Assembly: GCF_964355755.1 (NCBI RefSeq)
Contig: NC_092674.1
Span: 26,288,001-26,352,000 of the forward strand
DNA length: 64,000 bases
Direction of reading: 5' to 3'
Source: Antedon mediterranea
Lineage: Eukaryota; Animalia; Echinodermata
Shown here in pieces: positions 24,861 through 39,376 of the stretch; position 1 is the first letter of the stretch, and every line of letters begins with the position of its first letter. The position numbers were made by a program, and so were the translations under genes. The notes under the pieces are model-generated. The model did no database searches. It saw only the letters and a list, made by a program, of their open reading frames with translations, and was not told the DNA's origin.

Positions 24861-27039
24861 TAACAAACAAGAGAAAATACAACATTTATAAAACTATAAA
24901 TATATAAAGTACTGTACTGTACTAATACAGTATAATGTAAGTACAGTATCTTTTTGACAAAAAATACTGTACTGTACAGTAGGTACCAACAAAAAATATA
25001 AAACAATGGAATATGAAGCCATCAAACAATATAAATCACATGTTTTAAAAATCCCAACCACATTAAGTAATTAAACAATTATAACAGCCATTGGGTTTCA
25101 ATTTGCCTGTTGAAAGCAACCTTAATTATTTAATTGGATAAACGGAAAAGCCACTGGTGTCTTAAGCACTGATAATGCTACACCATAACCCCACATACGC
25201 ACCACAGATTTTAGTGATATAGAAAAGAGACCCAAATTATAAGCTTGAAAGCACTGGCGTGTGTCTAGGATTTGATTACCCTAGGCCATCTGGTGGTAAG
25301 GGATATGAAGACCAGCTGAATAACCCAATGGCAGCTGGAAGAAAGTGAGTAGGAACCAACTACCTGATTAATAACTTATGAATATTAACTTGCCTAACTT
25401 TACCATCTTAAGATTATACTGTTCCATCCTTCTTAGGCATACCTGTATACTTCTGTAGGTAGTTTACAGTACAAGCGTAAATACCCGTGCCAAACTAGTA
25501 CGGTACATGTTATAACGATTCTAAGCTACTGTAATAATAGTAATACTGTTTGATGGATGCAATGCCGTTATGATCGAGTACCACTGATGTCAAACAAAGT
25601 GTAAATTAATTTTCAAATAACTAATAATATTAATACTACTAAACAGTCACTTGCAGGAGCCAGGACTCTCTGAATATCGGAAAACAGATTCATAAAAACC
25701 AACCAGAAAGTTCCAAATTTATTTTTATTACAGTTAATACTGTACAGAAAATAAATTCAAAAAAGTTTTATATTACAGTATAATCAATTTCTTATGTTAG
25801 TCAAAGGATTTTAATGTTTGGCAGAGTTACTGTACAGTAAATGTTGTCATCATCATACTGTTATAAAATAAATTCAAATTGCTATCACATTAACATAATA
25901 ATTATTCCTACAAACTATTTCTGTCTGTTGCCAGCCACCGGATGTACTGTAGTAGGGCAAAAACAATAATATCAAAAACTATAATTATTAAATCGTCTGT
26001 ATTCAGAAATAATAGCCTTCACAGAATATACTGTACCAGTAAAATTTAAAATGGAAGTTCTATCTAAAACCACAACAATATTTTCTACAGTATGACGTAA
26101 ATGCTTTCTATTAGGTAAACATAATTACGACTTATAAAAAGCAATGTTTAAACAATCACATAAAGCAAATCTATTGACAAAGTTAAAGCTAAAGGCAAAA
26201 TACCAGACAGGTGATTTTAGCTCAAGTCATAAATTAAGTCTGGGAAGTGTTGACAACAATAAAATTGAATGTTTATTATTGAAGAACATGATGATGATAT
26301 TGACAGACAATGTTGACTTTACTGTACTGTATGACCATGGTATGATAACATGTACAGTATACAGACACAGTACCACAACAACAAAAAGTTTTTGATATAC
26401 ATATATCATGTACAGTAATAGTTATACTACAATAAACAAAATGTAAAAAAAAGAGTAAAATTTAGTATATTTTTTGCATGTCATTGGCTAAAAAAAACCT
26501 ATTTTCTTTAGCTCCTTAGATTAATGAGTTTAACTAAGAAAAAAAAGGCCTATAATTTCCTATCTAACACTTCAGGCTAGGATTTTATTTCCAATCCAAT
26601 GCCAGACAAATATTATTATTACCATCATATGATAGCAGCTTAAATAAAAATTATGAATGTGTTACCTTGGCTTTAAATGTAACCATGACAGCCATTTCCT
26701 CTCCAACCAACATATTATATTAATTTATACATACAGTAGATCGACACAATATGGATGCTGTTACAGTAAAGTGTACCCTTTGCAGTAAGAGAATCCATAT
26801 TGTGTCAATCCAACTCAGAGTGTTAGCAATTAGCCTGGGCTGTAGCCTTTTAACACCGGTATACCACAAAATGAATCTACAGTACAACTAAACGAGCAAT
26901 GGTTCATGGCTTGGAGTAGGTATCCAAGACCTACAGCCTAGCCGATGACTGATGTCTCTAATTGCTGTAGACATACAGAACAGGTACAATTAGGCCAATA
27001 ACCACCCATCTTCCGTAGTTTTAATACATAATTCAAAGG

Positions 27040-27430
27040 CTTAATATATAGTACTAGTAGGCAGATAACCACAGCCTCGTTCCACCCATCTTTTATTTCT
27101 TTCATACATTGCTACAGTAATTCGTAAGCCTAATAGAGTAGGCTAATGATCACAGCCCCGTTCAACCCGTCTTCCCTACCTTTTATAGTACTTGCTACAG
27201 TAATTCGTAGGCCTAACTAATGTAGAGTAGGCCGATGACTACAGCCTTGTTCCATCCATCTTCCCTACTGTACCTTTAATACATTGCTACAGCAATAGGC
27301 CTAGTAGAGTACAGTAGGCTAATGACTATCAGCCTTCTTCCACCCATCTTCCCTACCTTTAATACATTGCTACAGCTATACGTAGGCCACAATGTAGACC
27401 ACAGCCTTTTTCCACCCGTCTTCCCTACAT
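27040..27430. repeat. Degenerate tandem repeat, unit roughly 80-90 bp
   Basis: Recurring acagcc...ccacccatcttccctac...atacattgctacag...gagtaggc. Confidence 0.75.
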
Positions 27431-30400
27431 GTGTTTAACAAACAAAGCTAAGCATTCACGCAGAAAATGCCTATTCACACATTACGGTTTATTCTAAGGT
27501 ACAAGCCTTTGTCAGCTAATGTCCGTAAGTGAAGTGTATGAAAAAGCACATATGTTAAATAAACAAACTTTTACTTTATTACAGAAGACGAGAGTAACCA
27601 CAGAACTAGGCGTACAAATAGTAACAACCACTCCCAAGTCACAAACAAGATGATGACTGTAAAAGGGAAACACCCACAAATTTTAATCTTAATATGAATT
27701 AGACAACTTATATTTATGACAATAAATGTTCTCAGTATAAGTCAATAAAAATGTGACAAACAGTAGATTTTAATAATCTCATAAATATATATTGCATACA
27801 GTATCATGCATATCTGTGCAGAAAATAATATTTCGGAGAAATAAAAAAGAAATAAAAGAAGATAAAAATAGTAATGTACATTACTATTTTTATCTTGTTT
27901 TATTTTTCCCCGAAATATTCTGTCACTGCAAAGATATCCATGATACTGTATGTAATATACGGTAGTTTACAGTATGTGTTAAATTTAATTTTCTGAGTAG
28001 TGGTAATACCACAAGAATTACTTGAAATTGTTATTACTAATACCAGACAAATAACAATTAAAATATAAACCACAATGAATTTGCCAATCATTAGCAATCA
28101 GATTTAGAAAATTTAAATCGGCAACAATTCCATTCTATTATACACACTTCACACAATAACAAACAGATGGATTTCACTGTGGTTTTGCTGCTAATATAAA
28201 TTAACAAAATAAGATAGGGCTCTGCTAAATTCCTAAGATTTTAGATAAGGAATTATCAAGATAAGATATAAATTTTAAAAGAATACATTTCATTTTAGGA
28301 TTCATTAAAATATTTGAAAGTAATGCTCATTATTAAAAGATTTTTAGGAATGTAGAGTAGATAGAATCAGTTTATATTACATAAAAAGCTAACAAATGTA
28401 TTATGGTAAAAAGGTTAATGAAACCTAATTGTCAAATTATTTTTGAAAAGATTGAAAAATTGGAATTGGTAATTGATTAAAGCAGAGGGTAGAATTACTG
28501 TACCACTTCATTTTTCAAAAGTACTGTACAAAAACAACTGTGCTTTACACACAGTAATATCTTTGCTGATATCACAAAATTGCAACTGAATTGATCAACA
28601 TCATTATGAAAAAAAAAAAAAATTTTAACTTTCGAAAACAATTTATACTACAATATTTTGCAATAAACCGTGTTTCTACATTAGTACTAAAGTATTATAT
28701 TACTTTATATTACAATAAGGTTTAAACCACCTCTATATCCACCACTAATAAATGTTATAAAAATAAAAAATCATGAATAAAATAAATAACTATAAATAGT
28801 TTATTTCTCACCCGGCGGATAAATTGATGACGACATCACTGTTAATTTGTTTAATTTACTGGGTGTGTTGATTACCAGTTCTCAATTAATATAAAGACAG
28901 TTATATTCAAAATGTACTTACAGTATTCATTTGCAATCCTAGTATAGTAAGTTTACAAAATTATAAAAACTCCATAAAACTATTCCAAAAAAGCAAAGGA
29001 ATAAACTTCATAGTTGAAATCACTATCTGGCAAATGTATATGAAAACAACAGTGAAATGATGTCTCTCTGAATAAAAGTCCCTATGTGCTATGAAAGGTA
29101 CCAGTTACCGAATAAGCAGCAGAGGTCTACCAAGCATCAACGATCTCAAACAAATGCTAGCCACTCATTGTTGGCCAAATTTAACCAATCATAAAGCCTG
29201 TAAGGCAGGCCATGGCAAGGTAAGCCGGCTTTAGTCAGCTTGACTACAAACAGTGGGAAAAACATACTGTATCCATACTACAATCAGTGTTTCTACTTAC
29301 TAAATAAAGATTAATATAAAATAGTATAATATTAAAAAAATATCTTTGTAAGTTAACTTAATATTAGGAAAATTAATTTAACCTCTGACCAATGACAAAT
29401 AAGATTATTGTCACAGGTTGAAAAAATCAATATCTGTGTTGCAAAGGTTATTTCATATGCAAATGAACTTACTAAGAAAGGATGATGACAAAATTATTGT
29501 ATCAGGCATGTTGAATTAAAGAACCCTAATCTAATTATCACTTAATGTTTAATAATGTTAACAATGATATTAGCAAAGGGACATTAAATTGTTGTTTAAA
29601 ATGTTATTTTCTAGAATCCATTACAGTATACACAAACAAAAAAAGTTAAAATTAAATCTAACTATTAAAAAAAAAAATTAACTAAACCAAAGGCTCTAAA
29701 TAAATTGGAAAAAAAATAATATTATAGTTTTTAGGTCTGCAGTTAAGTTGTAGACCAGTACTGTAGTGAAATTAACAAAACCAACTCAATATTTTAATAT
29801 GATTTTAATAGAAACATAAAGCAGGGAGTTGCATAAAGGTTACCTACAATCGACCTTCCATTTATTTGAAATAAAAGCCGTTTTTAAATGAGAAAGTTCG
29901 TAAATGAGAAGTTTAGAAAGCAAAATCTTTCAATATTATTATAAATAAATAGTATTGTATGGTTTACTCAATATTCTTTTAACTCATGTTTTTTAGTTTA
30001 AAAACACAATAAGTTGAAAAAAACATTTTTTGACAAAAATGTACTCAATATCATTGAGTTGTATTTTAAAACAGAAAGTTGACTGTACAGCACTTGATAT
30101 ATTTCATCATAATAAAGAAAATCCAGGCACTAGTAGAAACCAGACAGAAACCTGATTAGTATTTAATTAATTATAGCATTTGTATTGAGTAATGAATAGC
30201 ATGACTTATATAAAAGACAATACAAATAGAGACACAGTGAATCATTAACTATGTGCTAATTTGTACAGCTATTAATAGACAGCAGACATACCTTTCTTAT
30301 ACAAGAAGTACTTCACAAAGAAATGTGTTGTTTAAATAAACCAACAATAAACAAGATACCAAGATGATTAATACGTAATTTGTTCAATATGGTGTAGTAG

Positions 30401-30787
30401 GAGCTAACAAGCGAAATTATTTAATGCAAATATCTTGCCACCGAGTTTGGTATTGTTACGCAAAGCTACATCAAACATGGCGAGTCTGTTGTTAACACCC
30501 ACCTATCGGTAACTCGCTATGTTATCTGCATCCTATACGCCTATACAGACTACTGGTTACACTATTTTGCTATAGCCATTTTGTAAAAATATTATATTTA
30601 CTGTATGCTAAAAAAATATGGTTTAGGATTAAGGTCCTGTCCTGAACATTCACAGCAGATTGTGGTGGACTTATTTTAAAATTGTACAGGAGTTAACATA
30701 ACTATTTACAATATTATTAGACTAGACTGGATCGATTACAATATTATTAAATGGCGATAATAATAGATTTTATTACTCCTCTTTGCT

Positions 30788-30913
30788 ACATAATGAAAGC
30801 AATAAACACTGCAAAAAATATATTAAATTCTGGTTAAATTCACGTTAAACATAATTATGAAAGCAATAAACACTGCAAAAAATATATTAAATTCTGGTTA
30901 AATTCAAGTTAAA
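30788..30913. repeat. ~64-bp tandem duplication
   Basis: atgaaagcaataaacactgcaaaaaatatattaaattctggttaaattca occurs twice. Confidence 0.9.
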
Positions 30914-32236
30914 TTTTAATGGTACATTATCATCATTATGTAAATGTTCTAGTTCTAATGCTTACTTTCTTTATATTCTGATGTAAAGGAAATGTTCTTG
31001 TTTTTCTGTCAATTTTATTAAATAGAAAGCTACGAGAAAATTGGTTCAGGTTTTAGTCTTCAGGGTACAATGTTTTTAAGAGCCAAGCCTTATAAATAGC
31101 ACAAAATACATTTAGAAGTTAGCTACAATTTTATTTAAATAATGACATCATGTTTATATGTTTATACATATGATGAGATTGAGATAATAAACAATACATT
31201 TCTCAAGAACACTTAATAATTATAACCTTATTAGCATTTATAAAGACACTTCAAAGAAGGCTCACAAAAGAAACTTCCGGAACACATCATATTAAAGGGG
31301 AAAAAAAAATACTAACGACGATTTTGAATGAACAATGAGACAGCGTAGGAGAAAACCTTTTAAAAGATGTTATGAAAGAGAGTCTTTTAATAGCTGATAA
31401 TGAATGATTGCTAATTTCCTTTCCTTTGCCAGTAGAAATTAAGGTATTTATTATTTACAGAACAATATACAGTACTGCTATTTTTAAAAAAATAACTTAA
31501 AACGCATTTTTTAAACATCTAATAGCGCCTTTGATTTTTACTTCGGTTTAGTTGATACTGGCGCTATACAAATACCTAAATTAATATTACTGTATCAATA
31601 AAGTTTATACTATTAAAATGAAGAGCTAATCATTGAAATAAACATCTACTCATCCAAAATGGACAAATTTGGTTCCTTGATTATTTTTTTTTCAAAAGAT
31701 AAATTTTTACCCACATTGAGATATTCCTAATTTGATGCAAATTTCAACATTTCAATATTTTTTTTAATACAATTTCTACATTTAAACAAGAAACGGTCCA
31801 ATTTTAGACAACAATTCTACTAATTAGGTTTTATTTCCCGTGAAAAACAACATTTTTTAACAATTTTAATAGTTGCTATAAAATTTTACACAGCCTGTAT
31901 TAGTAAATTCTTAATCGATATTACTATTGTTTTCACCTTGTTATTCGTCTTGTGGTTATTAACTATATTAACAACATACATGAAAATAATGAAGCCTTGA
32001 CAATTTTGGCTAGGCTTCATACTAATATTAAAATGATTAAATTTGTGAATATTGAGTGTTACACAAATACAACGTAATTAGGATATGCAAGGTTGTACAA
32101 ACTATGCAACCTAATATATGATAATAAAAGATTATTATCAAATATTTAGTAGCTGCATATTACATCAAAAGAATTTAAGAATAAAACTGTTAAAAAAAAA
32201 TTGATTACTCTCAATTATCCATTGCATTTTATTTTA

Positions 32237-33241
32237 ACCTCTATCTACACTATCAAACTAGTTTGACAAAAATATGTGCCCAAATACGGTAGTGATGTTC
32301 CTAAATATGGTAGTGATATGACATCATCTTCTCCATATGGGCACTTCACATTTTTGTTCACATAAAGTTTGCTTATGGAACGCCGTTTACGCAACATTTC
32401 GATGATATGAATTTTATGACGCGATATGTGAATGAAATGCATCGATATGAATTAAATGGTGCGATATATGAATGAAATGTTTTGAATTGAATGCTTTGAA
32501 TTGAATATTTTGAATGAAATGTTTTGAATGAAATGTTTTGAATGAAATGTTTTGAATGAAATGTTTTGAATGAAATGTTTTGAATGAAATGTTTTGAATG
32601 AAATGTTTTAAATGAAATGTTTTGAATGAAATGTTTTGAATGAAATGTTTGAATTGAATTGAAAAGTCAAACTATTGGTGGCGTATGTCATTTTCGCTCG
32701 CGATTATTTTCTCAACCTCTTAGGCCTAAGCCTGGGTACCCTCATCTCCTTTCTTCCACGCTGCCTTTACAGAGAATCCTAACAGACCTGGGTTCGGAAA
32801 TATGTATTCCAATGTTTCAGGTCTGTTAGGGAGTCTCTGTAAAGGATTCATATTGATGACAGCGTTGAAAGGAGATGAGGGTACCCATGCTTAGGCCTAT
32901 TAAGAGGTTAAAAAAAAATCGCGAGCGGGAATGACATACGCCGCCAATAGTTTGACTTTTCAATTCAATTCAAACATTTCATTCAAAACATTTAATTCAA
33001 AACATTTCATTCAAAACATTTCATTCAAAACATTTTATTCAAAACATTCAATTCAAAACATTTCATTCAAAACATTTCATTCAAAACATTCAATTCAAAG
33101 CATTCAATTCAAAACATTTCATTCATATATCACGCCATTCAATTCATATCGATGCATTTCATTCACATATCGCGTCATAAAATTCATATCATCGAAATGT
33201 TGCGTAAACGGCGTTCCATATTTGCTAGTGTAGACAGAGCT
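32237..33241. mobile_element. MITE family A copy split by the foldback element
   Basis: Left part 32237-32373; the right TIR remainder agtgtagacagagct ends at 33241. Confidence 0.85.
32374..33220. mobile_element. Foldback non-autonomous DNA transposon, IS3EU-like
   Basis: TATGGAACGCCGTTTACGCAAC...GTTGCGTAAACGGCGTTCCATA termini, ~400-bp inverted arms with internal 14-bp (GAATGAAATGTTTT)n arrays, exact 6-bp TSD TTTGCT. Confidence 0.85.
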
Positions 33242-33284
33242 TAAGATCAGGTTCTGTAGTTTAAAGCATAAATGTATTAGTGCA

Positions 33285-33453
33285 CAGTCGATTTCCTCAA
33301 TAGTATACCCGAAAAACTCTTTCTTAAAACAATACTTTTCTTAATGGCCAAAAAGGTCCCAATTCTGTTTTTACATTAACAAATCTTAGCATTTCTGAAA
33401 AACCAGACATATTATGCCAGCCTAAGGGTGTCCGGTATTGGGAAATTTGACTG
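33285..33453. mobile_element. Tc1/mariner-type MITE, degraded
   Basis: cagtcgatttcc...gggaaatttgactg|ta, related to 15877-16054. Confidence 0.6.
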
Positions 33454-34246
33454 TATCATTATTACTAGTATGGCTTGAGAAAAAAATAATTTATTAAAAG
33501 TAATGCAGCCTCAACAATAATGTTCTTGCAAAAACAAGCATCATAAAAACTGAAATCAAACGCTATTAAAAATGTGTGATACAAATATTGCCACTGAAAG
33601 ATACTAAACCAGCCAGGTACTATCAATTACAGCTTTAATAAGGGCGGTATGATTGACAATGATATTTAGACTGCAGTCAATCAACCAGGATTGACACTTT
33701 AACATAATACTAATAAACACGTGTATTGTAATTCTATTATATTCTTGTTTTTCAAGTCACAAGACTGTTTTGATTTATTCTTAACTTTTTTTTATTCCCT
33801 TTTAATACGATACGGTATTGTAAAAACTAACCAGTAATACTGTAAATAATATGTGGGCACATTTAGCAATGTCATATGAAGAACAGTAAACAGTTATGCT
33901 GTTGATTACCCAGCTATTGGTACAGTACAATATGGGCGAGGACAAACAATTTATAACAAAGGAACATATTGTTAAGGTATTTATATAAAAAAACAATTGA
34001 AAATTCCAATGAGGTATTTTTATTCCAAAGTCAAACAAAATTAGAATTCCATTAATTACTTAAATTCTAATTGACAGAAACTAAAAGTAAACATTTATTA
34101 TAGAATACTTTAAAAGAAAAGTGCATAGCTGTCAGAATACATCATTAATTTTATGACCTTTAATTAAATATTAGTGTTCAACTGGAATTATGAAAGACAA
34201 ATACGATTTAAACAAACTCTGTACTTTATACTTTATACAATGTTAA

Positions 34247-34410
34247 AGATGTATTGTCCCCCAAAATTATGAAAAATGAAGATTAAAAAAATCAGACTCT
34301 GAGAATAGTCCATTTTGCAGCTTTAATAAAGTTAATCACTTTCGTAGAAAAGAAAATGTACAAAAATAATGTTTTCACTTGTATAAAGACAAAATAAATG
34401 AAATAAATAT
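34247..34410. mobile_element. Partial copy of the Kolobok-like MITE
   Basis: Aligns by eye with 35871-36020 (ttaaagatgtattgtcccccaaaa...aatcagact...ctttcgtagaaaa). Confidence 0.7.
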
Positions 34411-34453
34411 GAAAAAAAAAAAACAATGCAAAACAAAAAAGCATGGTACTTAC

Positions 34454-34503
34454 ATACTGCCGTTATTACTGTTATACAATCGCGGATGGCGCGTTGAAAA
34501 CAT
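34454..34503 (-). CDS. Candidate alternative first coding exon of Shroom
   Basis: MFSTRHPRLYNSNNGS, AT|gtaagt donor, 50 nt, phase 2, locally CpG-rich. Confidence 0.45.
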
Positions 34504-34565
34504 GTATTCATATTTAACCATCAGTAAAGAGTTGATTGATCATTTATACTAGATATTTTATCAAT

Positions 34566-34746
34566 TGTCGTATTCGAGTGGACCGTTGAGTAGTTTTTCC
34601 GTTGAGTACTTCTTTAACGGAGTATTTGAGCGTTGAGATTGTTCTTAGCGAAAAAGCTTTCGTTGTCAACGTTTTCTATTCGAATGACTTTCTGTTGAGC
34701 ACAAATTTACAATTCGAATACAAAAAGTTCCCAATCGAATACGACA
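34566..34746. mobile_element. Small TIR element (MITE family B)
   Basis: TIRs TGTCGTATTCGA/TCGAATACGACA. A homologous copy lies at ~12637-12858. Confidence 0.7.
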
Positions 34747-35350
34747 AATGGTTTTACTTTCTGTATTACTAATTTTTTTACACAACCAGTTTCATACATT
34801 AACCAATCAAAACAGGTTTAGAGTCATGATAAATAACACTCCTCAACTCTAATTGGCCGACCATCCTAAACTTATCTAGTAAACAAATTGTGGGTTTAAT
34901 CATCAAAAAACGACCCCTGAAAATGAAATATGAGGTCAATGAACTTTATCAGTGACCTTGGATTGGATGAATTCCAAAAATTGTCCTAAACAACATCCGT
35001 CTATTCTTCGAATTTTAAAATGTAATCAACATCTTCATAACGATATGTATCATAATTAGTGAATTTATCATAAAATAACATTGTAACACAAGTGGATAAA
35101 TGATGATATTTTCGGCACCCAGCCGGATGCATTGTATTTAGGTTATCAATATAATTAGGCTAAAGAATTTAGATAGAACAAGTACATAAACAAGTTACTT
35201 CAATGTAATAATCAGGCTAAATAAACAGTTTTAACACAGTAAATACAGGAAAATTTTCTTGTAATAGCCTGGGCTAGTGAGCTACTCTACATCCTATTAG
35301 TATTAATAGTCTGCATAACATTTTATTAGCACAAAAAAACTACCATAAAT

Positions 35351-35495
35351 CCCTGTCTACACTATCAAACTAGTTTGACAAAAAAAATGTGATTTGCCCA
35401 AATATGGCAGTGATATGCTTAAATATGGTAGTGATATGACATCATCATGTCCATATATGGGCACATCCCATTTTGTTGATAGTGTGGACAGAGCT
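35351..35495. mobile_element. MITE family A copy
   Basis: Same TIRs and internal repeats. Confidence 0.85.
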
Positions 35496-35870
35496 TAAGA
35501 GACATGTCATGTAGATATAAACTTTTTTTTAAGTGATTTGAAATGTTTTGATTGTTTCTCTACCCTATTATTAGTTTCAAAGGTATGAGCTGGCTAGCTC
35601 AGTGGTTTTCTGTAAACATTGTTTGCTGGGCTACTAATGCCATTGTAGTAAATTAAACCTAAAGACCATTTTATAGTTAAAGATTTAGCCATTCAATTTG
35701 CATTTCTGAGAAATGTTTTGGTGAAGAAAGACAAAAGAACCACAATGCTCTGTATTTTCTAATACCGTGTAATGATAAAAGCTGATGTCCAACAACTATA
35801 TTACAGCACCTATAATAGAACTCAATTACAACATTGGTAATTAAAAGTTCATAAACATGGTACCACTTAA

Positions 35871-36205
35871 AGATGTATTGTCCCCCAAAAACATGAAAAA
35901 TAAAGATTAATAAAATCAGACTTTGAATGAATTATTTTGTAGTTTTAATAAAGTTACTTTCGTAGAAAAAAAACCCCGAAAAAATTAATGTTTTCACTTA
36001 TAAAATGACAAAATAAATTGTTAAATTCAACCAAAAACCCACTGGCTGGCACTGCAGCCAATTTGACTATTTTTTGCTTTGAATTACAATTTTTTAGGTA
36101 AATACATTTTTTTCAATCAAATTTAAGGTCAAAGTTAAGCTTTAAATAGCATATTCAACAACAAAAACATTTTATAATTTATTTTTTCAGGGATACAATA
36201 CATCT
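35871..36205. mobile_element. Kolobok-like MITE
   Basis: TTAA|AGATGTATTGTCCC...GGGATACAATACATCT|TTAA. A partial second copy lies at 34247-34410. Confidence 0.75.
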
Positions 36206-37446
36206 TTAAGCTCATTGTGAAACGTCCTTACTAATTTACTTTATTCTAATTTCTGTTACTGATAAAAATCATTTAAAAAACCAAACTACCTCCCAGATAC
36301 TATAATCAAAGGAATCAGTGTCATTTATAATTTACAACATGCCTATTTAATTTTTCATCAGTAAAAACAATAGTATTTTTTCATTTTAAAGATTCTAGGC
36401 CTTGGACATCACGATTTGAGTCCATTCAAAATGTGAGATTTATGCCTGGGATTGTACAACCCGAGGCCTAAGAAACAATTCAAGAGGCCTAGTAACCATA
36501 GGTGGGCATCTTTTAGTCTTTCTACTATGTCTTGGAGTTAAGTGGCGACAAATTGGTGCTCTGACTGAGAGGAACAAAAGCTTGCTGGCTGAACTCAATA
36601 CCCAAATTGTTTTCACAATGATAATCATTCATTAATCTAGAGAGACTTGAGGTCACTTTGATTAGAGCTTAACATACTTAAACAGATAGCCTATTTATTG
36701 CGCATAGAAAAGGGAAAAAATCAAGCCTAAATATAAAATATTTTAGGCAATATATTATTACCATAACACACCAACTATAAAGTCTGGTACTGTATTAATG
36801 AAAACTTTTATTTTTCTTAGAGGAAGGGAAAGAATGTTTCACACACCCACACACAGTATGAAAAAAATAAATAAATTTTTTTTAAATTGCAACAGCAGTA
36901 TTATAGCTAGTGGAGCAGTAGGCTTTCAACTATGAAGTTTGCTCCTAAATGGAAGAAGAGAAAGAAAGAGAAAAAGAAGAAGAAACCCAGAACCAAAAAT
37001 GATGGAAAGGAAATATCTATTGGTCATCAAACAACAGAAATATCAGTTTGTAAAGTATATCAGAGAAATAAATTCATACAGTAAACATGTTTATCATGGA
37101 TACTGGGAACATCCATTGGAAGGGACAGAAGCTGTTGCTTGGCAAAAAATGAATATGTTGAATAATAATATTAAAGAGAATTTTTGATAAAATGAAAAAT
37201 ACAATATTTTCATCCATTAAAGCTGTCCATGAGTTCATTCTCTATGTTGTTCTCTACAATATTCAATAAAGAAATTAAACTATCTACCAGAATTGTTTAC
37301 AACTTCATTTAATTAACTGTACTTGAATAAGGACATTCAACACAAAAGACCTCTAAAAGTTAAACAATAAAGCTATTATTTCAACAATAACACACAAAGC
37401 ATGAGACCAATCAACAGAATACTTAACTTATATAACAGATTTTTAC

Positions 37447-37520
37447 CTTCGCAAAAACAGCAGTAAACTTCTTTTTTCGCTCTCTTTTCTTTGAACAAAA
37501 CCCTGATCAAACAAGAACAT
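37447..37520 (-). CDS. Candidate alternative first coding exon of Shroom
   Basis: aagaATG, MFLFDQGFVQRKESEKRSLLLFLR, AG|gtaaaa phase-2 donor (74 nt). Confidence 0.45.
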
Positions 37521-39376
37521 TCTTGGGATATTTGATGTTGAGAGTAAAGGGTCACAGCTGGTCGGTCATGTGCGACAATAGCAGACCTTTTCCATGTGGT
37601 GATAGAATACTATACTCATATACTTGGACAGGAAGTAACAATTATGTGTTTTACCACACACAAACATAGATTGATGTGTTTTAAATTGTTTTATTGTCTG
37701 TCTCATCACCTGTTTGATTGTGCTTTAATTAAATAGGGTATCTTCAGACATTATGGTTTTGTAGGTTTTAAAATTAATAGTATTATATAGCAGTTAATGT
37801 TATAATAATCAAGGGTAGCGTTAAGGGACCAGCACTAGGGCCCTGCACTCCAGCCTTTAACAGCTAAAATTTAATTATGAACTACATTTTGATATCTGTT
37901 TTTGACATGTTTGTGATCCTCTTTTTACAAAATAATGGAACCACCCATGATAACTTGAGCTATCTTTAGACCTATAGAATTGTATGCTGTGTACAGTATG
38001 ATACAAAACCATGACTCAGTAGGTCTGAACAGGCACAGTAGCTTTCAATGTATTTATTTTACATCAGTCATCTTAAACAAATGGTAAGCATGGTAAAAAT
38101 TGTAAAACTTTCTCAAACCCGGACATAGGCTTACCCAAAATGGAAAAAGTGGTCCCAGAATGCATTTCAAACGCTAGAAAATATCCATCAGTTATCATTA
38201 CTAAATTATCTACACAATATTACAAATTCCACAATATCTACCTTTTTGTATTATTATAGTAAACATGTATTTAATACTATTGTACAACTGACATATTTAA
38301 CAAAGAGCACAATACCTTTCAAACTCCTAATAGAGAAAGCGCCACAAAGAATTTAGTCACAATAAAAGAGAAAAACCAACCTTTTAGTTAAATTAGTTCC
38401 CACGACTAAAAGGTAATCCATGCTAGGTAAAGCATACAGTTTTTTATTATTAAACACATGCAGTGCATTGTCTATCGGCTGTTTAAGAATTTACATATAT
38501 ATCTGCATTGTAAAATGTATTAAGATATCCATGGTATAAGTGTGGCTTAACATAAAACCTGGATTTACCTAAACATGAAACAGCACTGGCTTAAAATGTA
38601 TTCAGATTTGATTTTTTTTATGGGGTCCCGTTGAGATCTAAGGGTCCTGGTTTTAGCCAGTGAGGGCTTATCTGTTACTCCTTTATGCATCAATTTGCTA
38701 TGTTAGCTAATAATCTACACTATTTAAACTGGTATAATGCTAGACAACCCAACATGTACTTTTGGCTTTAATATTTTTAATATCTAAAACCATCTGAAAA
38801 CAAACCAATTTATTATAAATTACACATACAAACTAACCTTTAAAGTTGACTAAAATAGCTGAGAACAGCAATGTTTAAAATGACCACAGTAAGTAATTAC
38901 ACAGCGAGGAATTTCATCTGTACTATGAACGATTAAGCTATCACCAAAGTGTTAAATAGTATTTAACTAATGTTAAATATTGATAGGGGTTATCTGGCAA
39001 AGGTGCTACTGAATAACATGTGGTCCTAGATAGCAGCAATGGACAACATGAATTGTTCTATTCTACGGCGACAGTATGGCGACCGTTTGTCGGAAATTAA
39101 ATTCTCGAGATTCAGAAACTTGAAATGCTGAGAAAATGGACACTTGAAACTGTCACTCAGCTACAGTATAAAAACTTTAAAAATATCTATGTGAATGCTT
39201 TTAAAGAACATGGTTGGAACTATGTCCAATAAAAATTATACAATTTTGTATAAAAAAATAAATAACAATGTCTATTTAACAATTAAAAGCATAACAATTT
39301 GTATTAAACTGGTTGACCACACCCACACCAATATCTATGTTGACTTTATTTCAACATTTATTTATTATTATTATTT

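Noticed and set aside
28812-28836. ATG mini-exon MSSSIYPP with a G|gtgaga donor
   Set aside because: Phase 1, so out of frame with the downstream Shroom exons; at most a non-coding or uORF exon.
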